64,000 nucleotides of DNA from assembly GCA_013265495.1 (NCBI GenBank), contig MU057503.1, forward strand, positions 310,001 through 374,000, in the 5' to 3' direction. This document shows, piece by piece, positions 41,090 to 53,375 of the stretch. The stretch comes from Vicugna vicugna. Its lineage: Eukaryota. The notes beneath the pieces are model-generated. The model saw only the letters and a program-made list of their open reading frames with translations, searched no databases and was not told where the DNA came from. The number at the start of each line of letters is the position of its first letter. Position 1 is the first letter of the stretch. The translations under genes and the position numbers were made by a program.

Positions 41090-41275
41090 ACAGGGGTTAA
41101 ATCGATAGGCTTTAGAGTCAAACTTGGGTTAAAAACTGCTGACTAATAACTGTGTCACCTTAGTCCTCAGTTTCATCATCTGTATCTGTTAGGGCTTTTG
41201 TGAGGAGTTACATAAGATACATAAAAAAAGCCTTAGTGTCCCAGGTTGAGAATAATTGCTCAATAAATGATAGGT
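41090..41275 (+). mobile_element. MIR SINE
   Basis: ggctttagagtcaaacttgggtt...ctgtgtcacctt...cctcagtttcatcatctgta...gctcaataaatg. Confidence 0.65.
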
Positions 41276-41424
41276 GTATGTTGGTGTTTATGTTGTTTAT
41301 TCTGAATTTTTCATCTTTGTAAATTTCCTATCTTATCTGATTATGATTTGGGGACTTTCCGAATTTAAGATTGGAAATTACTTCTATTAGCTTTTCTTAC
41401 TGTGATCTTTAGAGATTTCGATTT

Positions 41425-42665
41425 TATTTTTGAGATATAAGTAACATAGCATAAACTATGCCTTTTTACAGTGTACAGTTCATGGTTTTATTATATTCAA
41501 AAGCTGTGCAACCATAAGCACCATCTAATTTCAGAATTTTTTCATCACTCCAGAAAGAAACCCCATGTTTGTTAGCCAATCTCCCTTTCCCTACCCTCTA
41601 GCAACCGCTAATCTACTTTCTGTCTCTATTGATTTGCCTATTCTGGATATTTCCTATGAATGGAGTCATACAATAAATACTGTATTATGTCAGGCTTCTT
41701 TTCCTCAGCATAATGTTTTGAAAGTTCATCCATGTTACAGGTTGCATCAGTACTTTGTTTCTTTTTGTGGCTGAATGATATTACATTATATGGTTATACC
41801 ACATTTTGTTTATCTCATCAGTTGATGGACATTTGGGTTGTTTCACTTTTTGGCTCTGAATAATGTTGCTATGAGCATTTGCCTACAAGTTTCTGCATAG
41901 ATGTATGTTTTCATTTCTCTTGGACATACACCTCTGAGTGGAATTGTTGGATCATTTATTTAGTTTCTCTACCTTTAACTTTTTGATAAACTGCCAAACT
42001 ATTTTCCCAGGTGACCATTTTATATTTTCACTAACAACGTATGACAGTTTAAATTTCTCCACATCCTCAGCAATACTTGTTACTGTCTTTTGATTATATC
42101 CATCCTAGCAGGTAAGTGGTTTCTCACTGTGTTTCAGATTTGCATTTCTCTAATGACTGATGACATTAAGCATCTTATTCAAGTGCTTATTGGCCATCTG
42201 TATATCATCTTGGGAGAAATGTCTGTTAAGATCCTTTGCTCATTTTTAATTGGGTTGTCTTCTTATTATTGACTTGTTAGGGTTCTTAAATATTCAGGAT
42301 CTAGTCCTATATCAAATATATGATTTGTAAAAATTTTCTTACATTCTGTGGATTGTCTTTTCATTTTCTTGATAGTGTTCTTTTGAAGCACAATAGTTTT
42401 TAATTTTGATGAATTCAATTTATCTATTTTTTATTTTGTTGCTTGTACTTTTGATATCGTATCTAACAAACCATTTTGTAATTTGAGGTCAGTTTTTCCT
42501 GTTTTCTTCTTAGAGTTTTTAGTTTTAGTTCTTATATTTATGCCTTGATTCATTTTGAGTTAATTTTTGTATATGGTGTGAGGTAATGCTCCAACATCAC
42601 TCTTTTACATGTGAATATCCAGTTGTTCCAGCACCATTAGTTCTTTCTCCCATTGAATTATTCTT
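41425..42665 (-). mobile_element. L1 (L1MB-like) 3' end, antisense
   Basis: ctaatctactttctgtctctat; gttgatggacatttgggttgtttc; tttgcatttctctaatgact; gttgttccagcaccatt. Confidence 0.88.
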
Positions 42666-43338
42666 TTTTCATTGAATTATCTTGACAGAATTCAATTTTA
42701 AGGAATTTAAAACCATAATTCCCTGTTTTCCATGATTTAAACAAGAAATTTGTCATCTTTCCTTTTGAAAGCTATGTCCTAACTGTGGAGTATAACTTGC
42801 TCTAAAATTTGGATGTGACACATTGATGCTCTAAGTATTATCTTACTTTATTGGCATATTGTACCAGAGATGATAGGAAAATAGATGAGCTGGATATCTC
42901 ACAGTAATACTTTTCCCCAGTGTGAAAGCATCTTTTCTTCTTTATAGAATTGATTTGATTTTATAGCACTTTATTTTAAAACACCTAAGTTGGAATTTGA
43001 GATGATTTATAATCTGTTTATGTTTTTCAATTTTATGTATGTCTTTATTTTTCTAATATCAACAATTAGTGAAAATAATGGCACAACTTGGGGGAGAGGC
43101 AAAGACTTAATTATTAAAATAATTAGTTACAGCACTGGTCAGGCCTTAATATTTCTAATCAGTTTCTTAGGATACCATGAAGAGATCCATCTGCCAAAGG
43201 AAACAAACTCAGTAGTGGCCATTTACTTTTGCTATTCTGTTAATCTTAATTTCTATAATCTCAAATTATGGAAATAGTTATATGTATTTTCACCATTGTG
43301 ACTTCTCATTAAGCATCTGTTTTTTTCCGTAATTTCAG

Positions 43339-43574
43339 CTTAGAGATGTTGGACAAAGTTGAGCCCCCAACTATACCAGAAGGCTATGCTATGTCTGTGG
43401 CATTCCATTGTTTGCTGGACCTTGTACGTGGGATCACTAGTATGATTGAAGGAGAGTTAGGAGAGGTTGAAATAGAATGTCAGACTACAACCACTGAAGC
43501 AGTTTCTTCACGAACACAGTCATCCGAACAGCAAGAATTACAGTCAACATCAGACCAAATGGATAATGAAATAG
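43339..43574 (+). CDS. MON2: MON2 exon 12 (236 nt): [16 protein letters not shown]...DQMDNEI
   Basis: tttcag|CTTAGAG...ATAG|gtatat; overlaps ORF 43346..43588. Confidence 0.95.
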
Positions 43575-43599
43575 GTATATTATTATGATTCTGTATTTT

Positions 43600-44850
43600 T
43601 ATTTCTATTTTAAAGTAATTTGAAATTTACAGAGAAGTTACAAAAATAATAGAATTGCCATATATTCTTCATCCTGATGTTCCTGTTGTTAACACTACCA
43701 TGTTTGTATTATCATTCTATTTATATACGTGTCACTATACTTTTTTCTGAACTATTTCAGAATAAGTTGCAGACATGATGCCCCATTACCCCTTAATACG
43801 TTAATGTGTGTTTTCTCAAAATAAGAACTGTTTCCTACATAACTACAGTGCAATCACCATCAGAAATTTAACATCAATTCAATATGTCATCAAAATTCCA
43901 TTCAAATTTTGCTATTTGCCCCAGTGATGTCCTTTATGGTCTAGAATTACATGTTGAATTCAGTTCCATGTCTCTGTACTCTCCTTCAATCTGGAACGAT
44001 TCCTTAATTTTTCCTTGTTTTATATGACCTGGACATTTTTGAAGAGTACAGGGCAGTCAACTTGGGTTTGTTTTTCATTTCCTCATAACAAGATTCAATA
44101 TATACATTGTTGGCAGAGCTACCACAGAAATGTTGCTGGTGACATTAACTTTTTATCATTTGGTTAATATAATGTCTGCCTTGTCTCTTCTGTCTAAAGT
44201 TAATTACTAACTTTTTGTGGAGAAAGAATTTGAGACATCTATAAAAGAGAGCTTTCCCTTCTCCCTTGTTTATTTTGTTTCATTTATTTGTGTTAGTATA
44301 GGCTCTTGGATTCCTGTTTTATTCTAAGGGTTGTAGTCTGTGATTATCATTATTTGGTTTGACACTCATTGTCCCTGACATGGCCTTTTGGGACCCCTTT
44401 CAAGCTGGTCACTATGGCCTTTTATCATCCTATGTCCTTTTGTCATTTTCTGAGCACTAACTTACTTATCTGATATAACAGAATGTTCCAAGCTCATCTT
44501 GGGTTTTTCTTGCCTCACGCAAGAGTCAGTTATTTTTCCAAGGAACCCTGGTTCCTTTTAGTGGAGAATAGTATTTAGAACTAACACATAGGCACTAGAT
44601 ATGCTTCTTGCTACTTGGAAAGGAAATACACACATACATGAACACACATTTCCCTACATTTAAAAACTATGTATCTCTCTATATTAAGTACCATGAGGTC
44701 ACATCAGTTTTTCCAATTCCAGTTTAATACTGCAAGGTTTGCTTTTAATTTCCTATATTTATAATTTCCTTCTCCAACAGTGAAAAACTTGATCCTGTTG
44801 TATTCAATGTATTTGCTTATTTGCATAATTCCAAATGTATATAACCAGTC
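43600..44850 (-). mobile_element. L1MC-like 3'UTR relic, antisense
   Basis: aatttacagagaagttacaaaaata...; ataagttgcagacatgatgcccc; ttccaaggaaccctggttccttttagtggagaat. Confidence 0.7.
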
Positions 44851-44933
44851 TCTTGGTTGAGCCAGCTTGTTAACACTGTCTCACTGCCAGCTGGTCACAC
44901 AGGCCCAATGAAATGGAAGGGAATAGGAACTGA

Positions 44934-44990
44934 TTATATATATATATATTTATATCTATATATCTATATATCTATATTATATATATATAA
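44934..44990. repeat. (TA)n/(TATATC)n microsatellite
   Basis: Directly visible. Confidence 0.85.
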
Positions 44991-45286
44991 AATACAGATT
45001 TTAAAGATATCAGTCAGTTAACTTGTATACAGAAAGATCTTATCATTGATATTTTAAAACAACTTAGTTTTAAGACTTCCTGAATTCTGAAAGTATAGTA
45101 CGGTTTTGAAGTTTTAATTTATTCAGATATATTTTAAATATTAGAGCTTTAGTGTTTAATGATTGCGTTGTTTTGGGAATATCTGATACATTATCAAGTG
45201 GTGAGGGAGATTTTAGAATTTGATTTATTGTCAAGTGCTGTGATGTCTTTAATAATCATTAAGCATTGTGTGTTTTTCCCTTTAAG

Positions 45287-45368
45287 TTAGTAGAGCTGTT
45301 TGGGAAGAAATGGTGAATGCCTGCTGGTGTGGTCTGCTTGCTGCACTCTCTCTCCTTCTTGATGCCAG
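45287..45368 (+). CDS. MON2: MON2 exon 13 (82 nt): VSRAVWEEMVNACWCGLLAALSLLLDA
   Basis: ccctttaag|TTAGTAGA...GCCAG|gtatta. Confidence 0.93.
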
Positions 45369-45947
45369 GTATTAATTCTTTGTAAGTTTTATATTGCATG
45401 TGGCAGTTAAAAAAATCCATTAAAATGGTTTACTTAAATTTGTCTTGAGAATTATTTCCTAATATTAGTTTTTTATGTGTGTAGAGAATTATTTTTCTGC
45501 CATCCTATTCTGTTGTCTGCTGTCATGTTTTATTTGATTGTCATATGTTTTAATGGAAAATACACTCCTAAAATTACAGAATGTTTGTTTCCTTTTAAGC
45601 TCTACTACTACTTCTACAGTGGTGATGATTTATATTATTCAATTATTGTGTTGTTTTTCTTCAGAATCTGAATTTACTGATTTTAAAATGCTTGATATTT
45701 TTAAGTTAAATCTTTGAGTTCTTTATCATTTTCTTCAGTAATGAATATGAGTCCTACATTGCTTCAGATTTTCAGTTCAAATTTTCCAGTTCAAATTTTC
45801 AGATATGTTAAAATTCCTTACGTAGACTTATTTTGGCAATTTTAAGTATATTTTCTTAATATTTACTGAATGCCTAATTCCATATGGTGTTTGCAGCATA
45901 ATTAGAAATAAATTAATCATATCAAATAAAATACTTAATCTTTTCAG

Positions 45948-46132
45948 CACAGATGAAGCTGCCACTGAGAATATTTTAAAAGCTGAACTGACCATGGCTG
46001 CTCTTTGTGGAAGACTGGGCCTCGTAACTTCAAGAGATGCCTTTATAACTGCGATATGCAAAGGTTCCCTGCCTCCCCATTATGCTCTCACTGTGCTGAA
46101 TACCACCACTGCGGCCACACTTTCCAGCAAAT
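45948..46132 (+). CDS. MON2: MON2 exon 14 (185 nt): [16 protein letters not shown]...AATLSSK
   Basis: ttttcag|CACAGAT...AAAT|gtaaga. Confidence 0.95.
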
Positions 46133-46915
46133 GTAAGACGTCAGCTCCTCAGAGTTCTGTTTGCCTGTACTGGGCAGCAAGGCATAGAGAAGAGATCGTT
46201 GGAATCCTGAGTTCAAACCTCTGCCTTCTCTCACTGACTCTGTGACCTCTGAGAGAAGTTAATGGCCCTGAGCCTCAGTTCCTTTCACCTTTTTAAAACA
46301 GTAGAGGTGGGAGTTGGGGGAATGATACAAATTTTAAACAACAGTGAGGTTACAAGAAGGTAAATCTGGAAGTCCTTTGTAAACTGTAACATGCTATTGA
46401 AATGGGAGTGATTGGTTTTCTTTTTTTAAGGAGAACTAGTAAAACAGTAATGTGTGCTACCACTGAGATTAAGTTGATGTTTAAAAATTTCTTTTTCTTC
46501 TTGAGTACTTTGAAAACATTCAAGTTTGTTACGTGTAATATACACAAACTTCAATATGATACTTGGTTTTCAAACTGAAAAGGTGAGTATTGGTTTTTCA
46601 CTTTAAGTAGAAAAGTTTACTGGGAATACGTGTTTAAAATACTTAGTATCTTAATTCTAGTTTGCTTATGAAGAAATATACCAAAGTCCTATAATTTGTT
46701 AAAGTTATATAGAAAATTACTTTACGTAATCTTTAACTTGTCTTTGTTTTTGTACCTCCTGAATTTTCAAAATGTTTGCATATAGATAATATGTAACTAA
46801 ATAAGTATCATAGCTGAACTTAGTTTAATCACGTTAATGCTTTAAAATATAACATTACTTTGAATGTATCATAAAAAGCATATTTTACTTATTGAGGATT
46901 CCCTTTGTGTTCTAG

Positions 46916-47028
46916 CGTATTCCATCCAGGGCCAGAGTGTCACAATGATCAGCCCCTCAAGCGAGTCCCACCAGCAGGTGGTGGCTGTGGGGCAGCCACT
47001 GGCCGTGCAGCCTCAAGGGACAGTGATG
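46916..47028 (+). CDS. MON2: MON2 exon 15 (113 nt): [38 protein letters not shown]
   Basis: gttctag|CGTAT...GTGATG|gtaaag. Confidence 0.95.
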
Positions 47029-47366
47029 GTAAAGTGCTTCTTCTTTTCTTGGTTATAAATTAACTATCAAGGAAACCTTTTGTACATTTTGTGTGTGTGT
47101 TTTCCTAAATTTGTCATTATACTTTCTTTTATCGGAATGATACTTTTAAAAGAAACTGGATAAATATGCAGTGACACTATCCTAACCAACTATGATCATG
47201 CAACTTTTAAGCGAATGAATTTGTTTTATACAAAACCACCCAAGCCTGTTTTCTTAATATTTTTGCATTTTATTTAAAAATTTTGAATATGATAATACTT
47301 TTTGACAAGCTTTTAATTTTTAAGAGTGCATAACCATTCTTGCAAACATATCCTTTTTTAATATAG

Positions 47367-47471
47367 CTAACGTCCAAAAATATCCAGTGCATGAGGACTT
47401 TACTTAACTTGGCACACTGCCATGGGGCTGTTCTTGGAACATCATGGCAACTTGTCTTGGCAACTCTACAG
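47367..47471 (+). CDS. MON2: MON2 exon 16 (105 nt): [20 protein letters not shown]...ATLQ
   Basis: atatag|CTAACG...CTACAG|gtatgt. Confidence 0.95.
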
Positions 47472-47816
47472 GTATGTTGTAGTCCCTGGGTCAGAGGCCA
47501 GTGTTGTTTTTATATCAAGTGCTAACAGTTAAACTTAACAATGCCTACTGCTGTTTTGGGCAGGCCTCAGGAATAGATGGTAAGTATGGAAAAGGAGAAA
47601 TTGGAAAAGAAAAAAGACATGGCTCATATTTCACCAAGTGATGGAATGTTCCTCATGATGGCCTGTTCTACTGCCTATGCTTGGTGTAATAAGTATTTTA
47701 TATGAATATTAATTACTGTTTTAAATTTAGTTATTACTACTACTGATTTTAATTTAATTATTAGAATTTTTCTAAGTTTATAAATTTCTTTGTTTTGATT
47801 TTTTTTAATTTTACAG

Positions 47817-47897
47817 CATCTTGTATGGATTCTGGGATTAAAGCCTAGTAGTGGTGGTGCCTTGAAACCTGGGAGAGCTGTAGAAGGACCCAGTACA
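47817..47897 (+). CDS. MON2: MON2 exon 17 (81 nt): [27 protein letters not shown]
   Basis: ttacag|CATCTT...AGTACA|gtaagc; followed by a 78-nt intron. Confidence 0.95.
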
Positions 47898-47975
47898 GTA
47901 AGCTCTAGTCATTCTTACTCAATTAGCACTTCCCAGAATGTTTATATGTTACATTTAATTTTATTGTTTTCTTAG

Positions 47976-48049
47976 GTTCTAACAACAGCAGTGATGACAG
48001 ATTTACCAGTGATTTCCAATATACTTTCAAGATTGTTTGAAAGCTCACA
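47976..48049 (+). CDS. MON2: MON2 exon 18 (74 nt): VLTTAVMTDLPVISNILSRLFESS
   Basis: cttag|GTTCTA...TCACA|gtaaga; followed by an 89-nt intron. Confidence 0.95.
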
Positions 48050-48138
48050 GTAAGAGTCAGTTTCTTTAATTGATACAGACATTATTGTTAGCTGCATATT
48101 TTAGATCACAGTGTCTTATTTTTTCATTTTTATTTTAG

Positions 48139-48229
48139 GTATCTTGATGATGTATCGTTGCATCATTTAATAAATGCACTTTGTTCCTTATCTCTAGAAG
48201 CAATGGATATGGCCTATGGAAATAATAAG
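48139..48229 (+). CDS. MON2: MON2 exon 19 (91 nt): [30 protein letters not shown]
   Basis: ttttag|GTATCTT...AATAAG|gtgtgg. Confidence 0.95.
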
Positions 48230-50714
48230 GTGTGGTATTCTACCTTTCTGTGTTAAATATGCTACATTATTTAGTTAAATAAGGTGTATACTCATTATGA
48301 TCTTAGTGTTTTATAAATGGGACTACCTTGTAGGCTCACCCTGCTTTCTTGGGTTTTATGTTTTTGCTTGTTATTTGTTGAAGTGGGAGTGAAGAGGACA
48401 TTTTTTTGGCTTATGGTATGTCCCAGTATGTATTATGATTTTGAACTGTGTCTATTTCTCTTGTGTACTGGATATTTTAAAAATATTTCTATAAAGAATA
48501 ATTCAACACCACATTTGTAAACAAGTTCCATAAAATATCACATAACCCTTATGATTACAATTTATGATTGGGACAATGAAAGTTTTAAATCAAGGAATAT
48601 ATGTCTCAGTTTCTCTTGCCTTCATTGGGATGGAAAATAAGGAACTAATCATTTCTTTCTGAAGGTAATGATTCTCCCTACATTGAAAATAAAATTTTGC
48701 TTTGTTCATTGAATGAATAGAATAGGACTTTTGAGAACATTTCTTTCTATACTCAAAATACCATTTTTTGTTAAATTTGGAAAGCACAGGAATATTTGGG
48801 TCTATTTATATCTTAGAAAATATTTAAAATAAAATGCTTTCTACACTTTAGGATGAATAAATACAGTAGTTGGATCATTTACAAATAAGTGAAGACACCC
48901 AGAAAATGACTGAAAAAACAGAGAATGCAGCTTGTGATTTGTTTAACACCTGTCTGAAGGATCCAAAATTGTCTGCCTAGTCCTTAATTATAATTCTTTG
49001 TACTATGGCGTGTCATCTTCACTCTTGTGACTCATTTAAAGATTAGCCAATAAGATCTTATTAGGGCAAAGTTTTGCATATTATAGCACATAGCTAGAGA
49101 ATTAACATAAACATGCAGGTGTTGGGAAATATATATTATAGTTTACTTCAAATCAAGGCAAGAATAATATACAGTGAAGTGATCAAATTCTTAATACCTT
49201 CAATAATCCTACATCCCTAAGATTAATTCTTAATGCAAAAGTATAATATTTTTAAAAGAGTTTTAAAAAATGTTTAACTGAGCAAGTGTATATATGGTAA
49301 TAGTTTGAGTATTTATGTATTCATTTAACAAATACAGTAAGTTTACTATATGCATGTCACTCTTCTAGAAAATACAAAGGAAATATAAGATTTCTGCTTT
49401 CAAAGAGCATATAAGCCACTTCGCTCATGGATAAGTAGCAGTTAAGGTGCTAAAGGAGTGGTAAAAGAGTCTAAATAAATGGTATAGATAGTAAGTGATA
49501 GGAGACATACTCTCTGACTCCTTATTGCCATATTACGTAAGATATTTTTAGTACATACTAAGTTGAATTAAGACTAATAAAGATCAGTTAGTGTGATTGG
49601 ACCTGGATATTCAAGGAATGGTAGGATTTAGGTAGGAAAGGACAAGTTCATGGATGTTAGAAAGAAAAACATGTTACAGGAAGTCAAGGTCTATGAAGAT
49701 TGAGAAAAAAAGAAGAGATTTGAGTATTATTATTGTTCCTCTTGAACAGTACAATTTCAAGAGAGTTGTAAGAATAAATGTGATATTTCAGGGAGGCTTG
49801 GAAGGAACAGATGTTGAGAAAATGAATACAGTGAGACAGAAGTGATTTCCCTGAAAATAGATTCACATTTCTTCATTTTAGGATTCAGTTTTGTAAAATG
49901 ATGTGGTGAATATGGGCTGGAAATAAAAGTGTTTTAAAGTCTTCAATTATAAACTTTATAAAAAATATTTTTAGATGAAGGTAAAAAACAGTTTATTATT
50001 TGGTTGTACTTTCTATATAAGTTGTTATAAATATTCAGATATTAAAATAAATAGAAACTTCAGTATTTATCTACATTTTTTTTAAAGTTTATCAATGTCA
50101 CCTTTTCTGAGTGAGTTAAATATCTTAGGAATTAAAATGTACATACCATTTTTCTTTAGCTGTGGCTTTAAAGTGACCAGTTGTCTCATTTTTGGTCCTC
50201 ATTTCAGGAATTTGTGCTAGTTAAGGTAGCTGACGGTAAAGCTTGCAAATTCTTTCTTAGAAGGGGGCGATGTTGATGCTACTTGTGCAGGCATATTACC
50301 AAGCTCAGTATAAAAGTAATAAAACAGCTATTATTCTTTGTTTACTGTATGTTAGGTACTAACTTAACATTATTTTATTTAATCATTTAAAACAACTCTG
50401 TCAAGTTCAGTAGTAGTATCCCCTTTTTACAGATGAAACAAAAAAAATAGCTTAAATAACCTACCTGGGGTCACCTATTAGTAATTGGTAGAGCTTTGAT
50501 TCGAAGTCGCATATGTATCATTTGGGTATGAGAAATATGTATTCTTTTAAATGCTGCATGATTCCTCTGAACATCCTCATTAGAAAAAGAAGGAGAAAGG
50601 GAAGGAAGTAACATTAGGCAACATTATGGGGACTTAATATCTGGCAGGCACTTTCTAACATGAGGTCATTTCTGTATGTTATTATCTCCATTTTATAGAT
50701 TTAAAAAAATTAGT

Positions 50715-51245
50715 AACCATAAAAAAGAATGAAATTTTGCCATTTGCAACAACATGAATGGACCCAGAGGGATTATGCTTAGTGAAATAGCTCAGACAGA
50801 GAAAGACAAATACTATATGTTATCACTAATCTGTGGGATCTAAAAAATAAAACAGGGGGTAGGGGTATAGCTCAGTGGTAGAGCATGTGCTTAGCATGCA
50901 TGAGATCCTGGGTTTAACCCCCAGTACCTCCATTAAAAAAAATTTAAAAATAAAGCAAATTTGTGAATATAATAATAATAAAAGAAACAGACTCAAAGGG
51001 AGAATAAACTAGTAGTTACTAGTGGGGAGAGGAAAGGACGAAGGGGCAATATAGGGTAAAGGAAGTAAGATATAAACTACTATGTAGGTATAAACTAAGT
51101 TATAAGGATATATTGTACAACACAGGGAATATAGCCAATATTTTATAATAACTATAAATGAAGTATAATCTAGAAATTTTGAATTACTATATTGTACATC
51201 TGAAACTAATACAATATTATAAGTCAACTTCACCTCAATAAGAAA
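50715..51245 (+). mobile_element. L1 3' end
   Basis: ccataaaaaagaatgaaattttgccatttgcaacaacatgaatggac...gagaaagacaaatact...; ends caacttcacctcaataagaaaa. Confidence 0.88.
50855..50945 (+). mobile_element. tRNA-derived SINE (copy 3, head-only form) nested in an L1 3'UTR
   Basis: GGGGTATAGCTCAGTGGTAGAGCATGTGCTTAGCATGC...CCCCAGTACCTCCA + A tail; flanks taaaaaataaaaca / taaaaataaagca look like a degenerate TSD. Confidence 0.85.
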
Positions 51246-52365
51246 ATTAAATTACTCATGGCTGTTAAGTGATAGTGTTGAGATAAGTTGTCAGGCAGTT
51301 AAAAATTCTCAGACTTAACTACTGTATCATATTGTCTCTAGAATGAATTTTTCTACCACACAATATTTTTTAGGGTACCTTCAGTGTTACCGCATGCAGG
51401 AAGGGTCAACCTGACCATATTTGTCTTAAAACCCCAATGTACTTGGTTCAACGGCTTCTGCTAGGAAAGAAAGATAGTATCATACATTTCCATGTTAGAT
51501 TTTATTTAGCACCGTAAAAATGTTAAGAATATAAAATAATTTAAAGATCTTTTTCTTTAAAAATTATAAAATTATTATGCTCATAATTTGCTTTTTTAAT
51601 TTCAGTTGTCTTTTCTTTTTTCTAATGCATTGTCTCCATTTGAAGTACCACAGTTAGTCATCAGAAGATTCTCATGGTTTTAGCCAGCTTTGTTTGCATT
51701 TGAATATATTTTACTAGATCTGTTAGTATTGGATTGGAGAAAGTTGCCCTTTGATCTTTTCACTGAAACTGTTCTTATAACACATGGGCCAAGTACACTA
51801 ATTTAGCCATTTATGAGGCACATCAACTCCCTTTCTGGTTTTGAATGCCAGCGACTGAGGAGAGGGGTTTGTCTTCCGTCTCTGCAACGTTTTTGTTAGT
51901 GTCTACACTGACAGGCCTTCTCTCTATCCATTTTCGATATCCTGCTTCTTTTCCCTGGTCCCTGTTGTCTCCTTTCTCTTTTTAAAATATTTCCTGACTT
52001 TCACACATAAAACCTGAACATTTGAGAACTTCACTAACAAGTGAACACAGTTCAGTCCATAGTAAAATTCCTTCCTTCTGGTCAGAAGACTAGCCATTCT
52101 GTGTGTCTGGTATAATTTTGAATTTGTACTCTTTCCCCACTAAAACATTCTCTTCCCAATCAAATTTTCCAATTAGGAGATATTCTAGATACTTGAAAGT
52201 GGGCAGAAAGGCTTGCCTTATGATAACTGAGGTTTTGTTACTTTTATTGCTAATCAATCATATATTAATTATAGGCATGCTCATCTCAGGATTCGCAGTT
52301 TTATTTACAGCTAAAGTACCCAAACTCTCCTTATAAAATCAAAATGCAGTATGTTTTCTCTCTAG

Positions 52366-52467
52366 GAACCATCTCTTTTTGCTGTTGCCAAATTGTTAGA
52401 AACTGGTCTAGTTAACATGCACCGAATAGAAATTCTGTGGAGACCTCTAACTGGCCATCTACTTGAG
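52366..52467 (+). CDS. MON2: MON2 exon 20 (102 nt): [34 protein letters not shown]
   Basis: ctctag|GAACCA...CTTGAG|gtaatc; ends phase 0. Confidence 0.95.
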
Positions 52468-53372
52468 GTAATCTCGTTTTCTTAATTATTATATTTACTT
52501 CTTGTTTAGAATAAAGACATACACATTAATGTTTCTGGATAACCGTAGAAAAAATCAGCATTAACTTTTTTTTCCCTGTACTTTTATCTGTATACTTTAT
52601 CAGGGACTAAGTTTTATAATAATTGCTTTGGTGAAGTAATAGGTTGCTTTTTTGGCTGAAAATGGGTGATATATCAATGAAGTCTCTGGAGTCTCCTTCA
52701 GCTGCTAGTTTGAGGCCGCTTTCTTTTATTATACAATCTTTTGATTCCCTAAGCTTCAGCTAGTTCTGAAACTTCAAGGCATTTAGGGCTGAGACTTTGT
52801 ACTAAACACTGCTCTTTTACAACCTTTCCTGTGATTATGAGGTAGGCTTTCTACAAAGGGAAAAACCTGTTTGGTTATAGATAGTGCCAGGGAACTGTGT
52901 CTGGATTTGTATTCTCTTGTATTCAGATTGGGGTGAATCAATAATTCACTGCTTCTTAATGGCAGCTGCCTCAGTCAGAGTACGTATTTATGTGTGGTTT
53001 AGGTTTAGGTCGCCATGATTATTTCACATTATTTTAGTAACCTAAAGAAGGTATTCTTAATTAAAAAAGGTGTTGTGCTTTCTTCTTTCCTTTTTTTCCT
53101 CTGTTTTATTGGGATTTCTCTTATGAGCTAGTAAGGAATATATGCAGATTCTTCATTATGGACATTCTCATCAAATGGCAAAAATATGTTCTTAAAATTT
53201 TAGCTCAGTATTTGATTATGCTGGTAGACCTAAATAGGAACCTTAGTATCTGCTTGTTTTGTTTATTCTGATGACATCATTTACTTTTATGAAATCCTTT
53301 CTTCTCCGTGAGTTGTTCAGTTTCATCTTTTATCTTCTGTCTCTCTATTGCTTCCTCTTGCCTCTCATTCAG

Positions 53373-53375
53373 AAG
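53373..53375 (+). CDS. MON2: Candidate 3-nt alternative microexon AAG (Lys) of MON2, giving LLE-K-VCQ
   Basis: 50-nt AG-free pyrimidine tract with two TGC motifs, then cag|AAG|gtaagc, inside a phase-0 intron. Confidence 0.8.

Noticed and set aside
45369..45382. Possible U12-type donor (GTATTAATTC)
   Set aside because: Lacks the GTATCCTT consensus; all introns here look U2-type GT-AG.
50861..50932. Apparent tRNA-Ala(AGC) gene (also at 37241-37311)
   Set aside because: Extra 5' G-rich leader, A-rich tail, TSD-like flanks, stem mismatches and three dispersed copies indicate a SINE, not a tRNA gene.
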